Part shown: positions 1 through 1,091 of the stretch, in pieces
Numbering within the stretch: position 1 is the stretch's first letter
How the letters are laid out: each line of letters opens with the position of its first letter
Source: Naegleria gruberi
Lineage: Eukaryota
Reading direction: 5' to 3' (one strand)
NCBI GenBank assembly: GCA_000004985.1
Contig: GG739568.1
DNA: 1,091 nucleotides
Translations under genes and position numbers: made by a program
Notes under the pieces: model-generated
Databases searched by the model: none
What the model was told of the DNA's origin: nothing
The model's input: only the letters and a program-made list of their open reading frames with translations

Positions 1-229
1 TTACATTATTCTTATTGAGACAATCACAAAAATCACTTCCCTTCCATTGTACAGTAACTTGTTGTCTATCTTTTGAGTGATAAACCAGCTCAACTGTGAT
101 TAATAGATTTTTATCTTTCAACATCTTCTCAAATAGGGCAGTGTTAACATTCTTTGAGACTTTGATCTTGATTTTGGATTTATGGTTTAGAATATGTACA
201 TCACCATCGTCTATTGTTACTCCTTCCAT
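1..229 (-). CDS. Hypothetical small protein, 3'-partial. It starts at ATG 227..229, continues past position 1, and its frame uses codons 2..4, 5..7 and so on. Visible product: MEGVTIDDGDVHILNHKSKIKIKVSKNVNTALFEKMLKDKNLLITVELVYHSKDRQQVTVQWKGSDFCDCLNKNNV...
   Basis: I translated this frame by hand codon by codon. It has no stop from 286 down to 2 (95 codons), and the first start codon after the TAA at 287..289 is ATG 227..229. The translation is globular-looking, with mixed charged and hydrophobic periodicity, not low-complexity. It is absent from the supplied ORF track, presumably because it has no in-window stop. It lies 14 nt downstream of the stop of the 244..1017 gene on the same strand, which looks like an operon. 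I see no SD at a functional distance: GGAGG at 249..253 is 19 nt from the ATG. Confidence 0.55.
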   Translation of the reverse strand, partial: MEGVTIDDGDVHILNHKSKIKIKVSKNVNTALFEKMLKDKNLLITVELVYHSKDRQQVTVQWKGSDFCDCLNKNNV

Positions 230-243
230 ATCTGTACTATACT

Positions 244-1017
244 TTATACCTCCAAAACAAACATGTGAAGGTTTGATTTCTGAATGTTAAATTTTGGATA
301 GGTTCGTTTGTAGAAATTATTAATTTCTTCAACTCCTTTAGCCCACATTTCGTCATGATAAAAAACTATTGGAAAAGTATAGACGACATGATTTTCTAAA
401 TAGTCAACAACAAGTTCATTTGGAATAACAGGATTAGGCAGAATGAAAAATCTACAATCATAACATCCATCAGCAAGTTTCTCCTTTGTAGATTGGGCTT
501 CCATCACAAAAGATGTACTTCCAGTTATTGGATCGGTCCAACTATGACCAAAATCCATGAGTACTTCATTACTGAACGGCTCTTGATTTGCTTGTAAAGC
601 AACACCAAACAACAAACAGTTCAATAACAGAATGGCAAACGTTTGTAATTTCATTTTTTTTTGATTAGTTGAATAGTAATATAATAGAAACATAAGTCTA
701 TTGTCTAATTGTGAGATTGTGGTTCTATTATTCGAATCGTAGAATTTTTTCACTAGAGAACCAGCATTTCTCGACTTGACACTGAAACTGTTGGTACTAT
801 TCAATCCATCCCCAACAATGGTATCGACCCTCCAATGACCACTCCATTGTTTTGAGCTACCAACACTAGCCAATCCCAATAATGATGTAGGTCTATTAAG
901 CTTGTATATCATACATTGTGAATAATCGTAATAGTTTTTTAAAGAATATATACCTGTTTTGGCAGGTATAAAAGGAGTCAATTCACCCGTTGAATTCACT
1001 TTAGTTGATATGAACAA
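244..1017 (-). CDS. Hypothetical exported or membrane-anchored small protein with a C-x-x-C pair. Coordinates are the maximal ORF (TTG at 1015..1017 to TAA at 244..246). The more probable biological start is ATG 652..654, which gives a 136-aa precursor with an N-terminal signal peptide.
   Basis: A stop-free minus-strand frame of 257 codons is supplied in the ORF track. My hand count of minus-strand stop triplets across 655..1017 gives 0 in this frame against 11 and 6 in the other two frames. Internal M122 is followed by a K-rich n-region, an 18-residue hydrophobic core and a G-V-A / A-L-Q-A small-residue cleavage context. The mature part is NQEPFSNEV...DGCYDC...FVLEV. Codon usage includes CTG, CCG, ACG and GCC, which is more bacterial than protist-like. 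There is no SD upstream of either candidate start. I recognise no homology. Confidence 0.6.
   Translation of the reverse strand: MFISTKVNSTGELTPFIPAKTGIYSLKNYYDYSQCMIYKLNRPTSLLGLASVGSSKQWSGHWRVDTIVGDGLNSTNSFSVKSRNAGSLVKKFYDSNNRTTISQLDNRLMFLLYYYSTNQKKMKLQTFAILLLNCLLFGVALQANQEPFSNEVLMDFGHSWTDPITGSTSFVMEAQSTKEKLADGCYDCRFFILPNPVIPNELVVDYLENHVVYTFPIVFYHDEMWAKGVEEINNFYKRTYPKFNIQKSNLHMFVLEV
589..654 (-). other. Coding segment for a predicted signal peptide or single transmembrane signal-anchor (MKLQTFAILLLNCLLFGVALQA), beginning at the internal ATG 652..654.
   Basis: Translation of 589..654 on the minus strand shows a positively charged n-region (MK), an uninterrupted hydrophobic stretch, then a polar c-region with A/G at -1/-3 positions (GVA|LQA|NQ). 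KK immediately N-terminal of the segment fits the positive-inside rule under either interpretation. Confidence 0.55.
654..662 (-). repeat. Homopolymeric tract of nine A on the minus strand (nine T on plus) whose last A is the A of ATG 652..654.
   Basis: Direct count: plus 654..662 are all T. The minus strand reads C-AAAAAAAAA-TG-AAA. Confidence 0.9.
678..707 (-). promoter_or_regulatory. Candidate sigma70-like promoter for the ATG-654 start: -35 TAGACA (plus 702..707), 18-nt spacer, -10 TATATT (plus 678..683).
   Basis: I derived the hexamers by hand on the minus strand. They lie in the 21% G+C segment 655..720, about 24 nt upstream of the ATG. AT-rich DNA gives many -10-like hexamers by chance, so this is weak. 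Confidence 0.2.
814..851. repeat. 8-bp inverted repeat AACAATGG ... CCATTGTT with a 22-nt spacer, inside coding sequence.
   Basis: Plus 814..821 is the reverse complement of 844..851. It overlaps the codons for QW...HW on the minus strand and is probably incidental. Confidence 0.5.
949..970. repeat. Perfect 8-bp inverted repeat TATACCTG-ttttgg-CAGGTATA with a 6-nt spacer.
   Basis: Seen directly. Plus 949..956 is the exact reverse complement of 963..970. It lies inside the N-terminal part of the long ORF and about 85 nt upstream of the possible plus-strand ATG 1054. Confidence 0.8.
980..999. repeat. Direct repeat AATTCAC (980..986 and 993..999, period 13). The second copy is embedded in the 8-bp palindrome TGAATTCA (991..998).
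   Basis: Seen directly in the sequence. Confidence 0.7.
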
Positions 1018-1034
1018 TATGGATTACTTTTGAA

Positions 1035-1043
1035 AGGGAGAGG
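1035..1043 (+). promoter_or_regulatory. SD-like ribosome-binding motif AGGGAGAGG upstream of ATG 1054.
   Basis: Seen directly in the sequence. The spacer to the ATG is 10 nt, slightly long. It matters only if the plus-strand start is real. Confidence 0.3.
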
Positions 1044-1053
1044 AACATAACAT

Positions 1054-1091
1054 ATGTATTGTTTTAAAATTGTTCCAATTGTCTTTTTAAT
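1054..1091 (+). CDS. Possible 5' end of a divergently oriented gene (ATG 1054, MYCFKIVPIVFL...), running off the right edge.
   Basis: ATG at 1054..1056 is open for the 12 codons to the window end. It is preceded by the purine-rich SD-like AGGGAGAGG (1035..1043), with about a 10-nt spacer. Only 38 nt are visible. A competing reading of this region is the 3' end of a minus-strand ORF (999..1091, stop TGA at 996..998). Confidence 0.25.
   Translation, partial: MYCFKIVPIVFL

Noticed and set aside
227-262. Eukaryotic-style intron linking the two minus-strand ORFs. GT...AG candidates exist starting at GTTTGT and GTATAA.
   Set aside because: Only introns of 3n+2 nt restore the frame. The candidates are 8, 17 and 26 nt long with no branch or polypyrimidine features. 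A TTG start in the ORF track, 14-nt gene spacing, and use of CTG, CCG, ACG and GCC codons fit a bacterial-like context better. The three N-x-S/T sequons in the N-terminal region are not informative on their own.
96-290. Plus-strand ORF of 64 codons with a GTG start (MINRFLSFNIFSNRAVLTFFETLILILDLW...).
   Set aside because: It lies entirely antisense to the better-supported minus-strand CDS at 1..229 and to the end of the 244..1017 gene. Its translation is low-complexity and hydrophobic, typical of a shadow ORF. It has a GTG start and no SD.
244-290. Programmed -1 ribosomal frameshift joining the 244..1017 ORF to the downstream ORF.
   Set aside because: The frame relationship is right (-1), but I find no X-XXY-YYZ slippery heptamer in AAA TCA AAC CTT CAC ATG TTT GTT TTG GAG GTA. 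The downstream ORF has its own ATG only 14 nt past the stop, which is more simply explained as a separate gene.
640-665. Resemblance of AAAAAAAAATGAAATTA to the A-rich poxvirus early-promoter core (AAAAAATGAAAAAA-like).
   Set aside because: The match overlaps an ATG that is immediately followed by a canonical signal peptide in frame. It is therefore far more likely a start context than a viral promoter, and other poxvirus hallmarks such as TAAATG late motifs are absent.
1044-1052. Extended -10-like element TGTTATGTT on the minus strand in the 36-nt gap before TTG 1017.
   Set aside because: It has no convincing -35 partner at 16-18 nt. It overlaps the SD and start region of the competing plus-strand model and would give a leader lacking any SD. 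It is indistinguishable from chance in AT-rich sequence.
1-1091. Mycoplasma-type genetic code (UGA = Trp) as an explanation for the AT-richness and homopolymer tract.
   Set aside because: All three Trp codons in the long ORF and both in the downstream ORF are TGG, and no in-frame TGA is needed to extend any ORF. This is not typical of UGA-Trp organisms.
1-1091. CRISPR arrays, tRNA or rRNA genes, IS elements or terminal inverted repeats.
   Set aside because: There is no repeat-spacer periodicity, no cloverleaf-compatible segments, and no long terminal inverted repeats or transposase-like ORFs. The repeats found are short (7-8 bp) and isolated.

Overview
The window is AT-rich: about one-third G+C overall, 33/100 by hand count over the first 100 nt. 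Gene packing and alternative start codons look bacterial-like. I cannot assign a taxon or recognise any product family from the sequence alone. Almost the whole window is coding on the minus strand. A 257-codon ORF (244..1017) contains an internal ATG (652..654) followed by a textbook Sec-type signal peptide or signal-anchor, MKLQTFAILLLNCLLFGVALQA, and then a ~115-aa domain with a C-x-x-C pair (DGCYDC). A second minus-strand CDS starts at ATG 227..229, 14 nt after the first gene's stop, and runs off the left edge. At least 76 aa of it are visible, ending in a C-x-C pair (DFCDC). A 9-nt A/T homopolymer sits exactly on the internal ATG. The 66 nt upstream of that ATG (655..720) are very AT-rich (about 21% G+C) yet in frame with a further roughly 100 codons of coding-like sequence up to a TTG at 1015..1017. 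This leaves the true N-terminus of the first gene ambiguous. Neither minus-strand start has a usable Shine-Dalgarno (SD) sequence. The right edge carries either a divergent plus-strand start (ATG 1054, preceded by AGGGAGAGG) or the tail of another minus-strand gene ending in a GTGA stop/start overlap. I see no rRNA, tRNA, CRISPR array or mobile-element signature.
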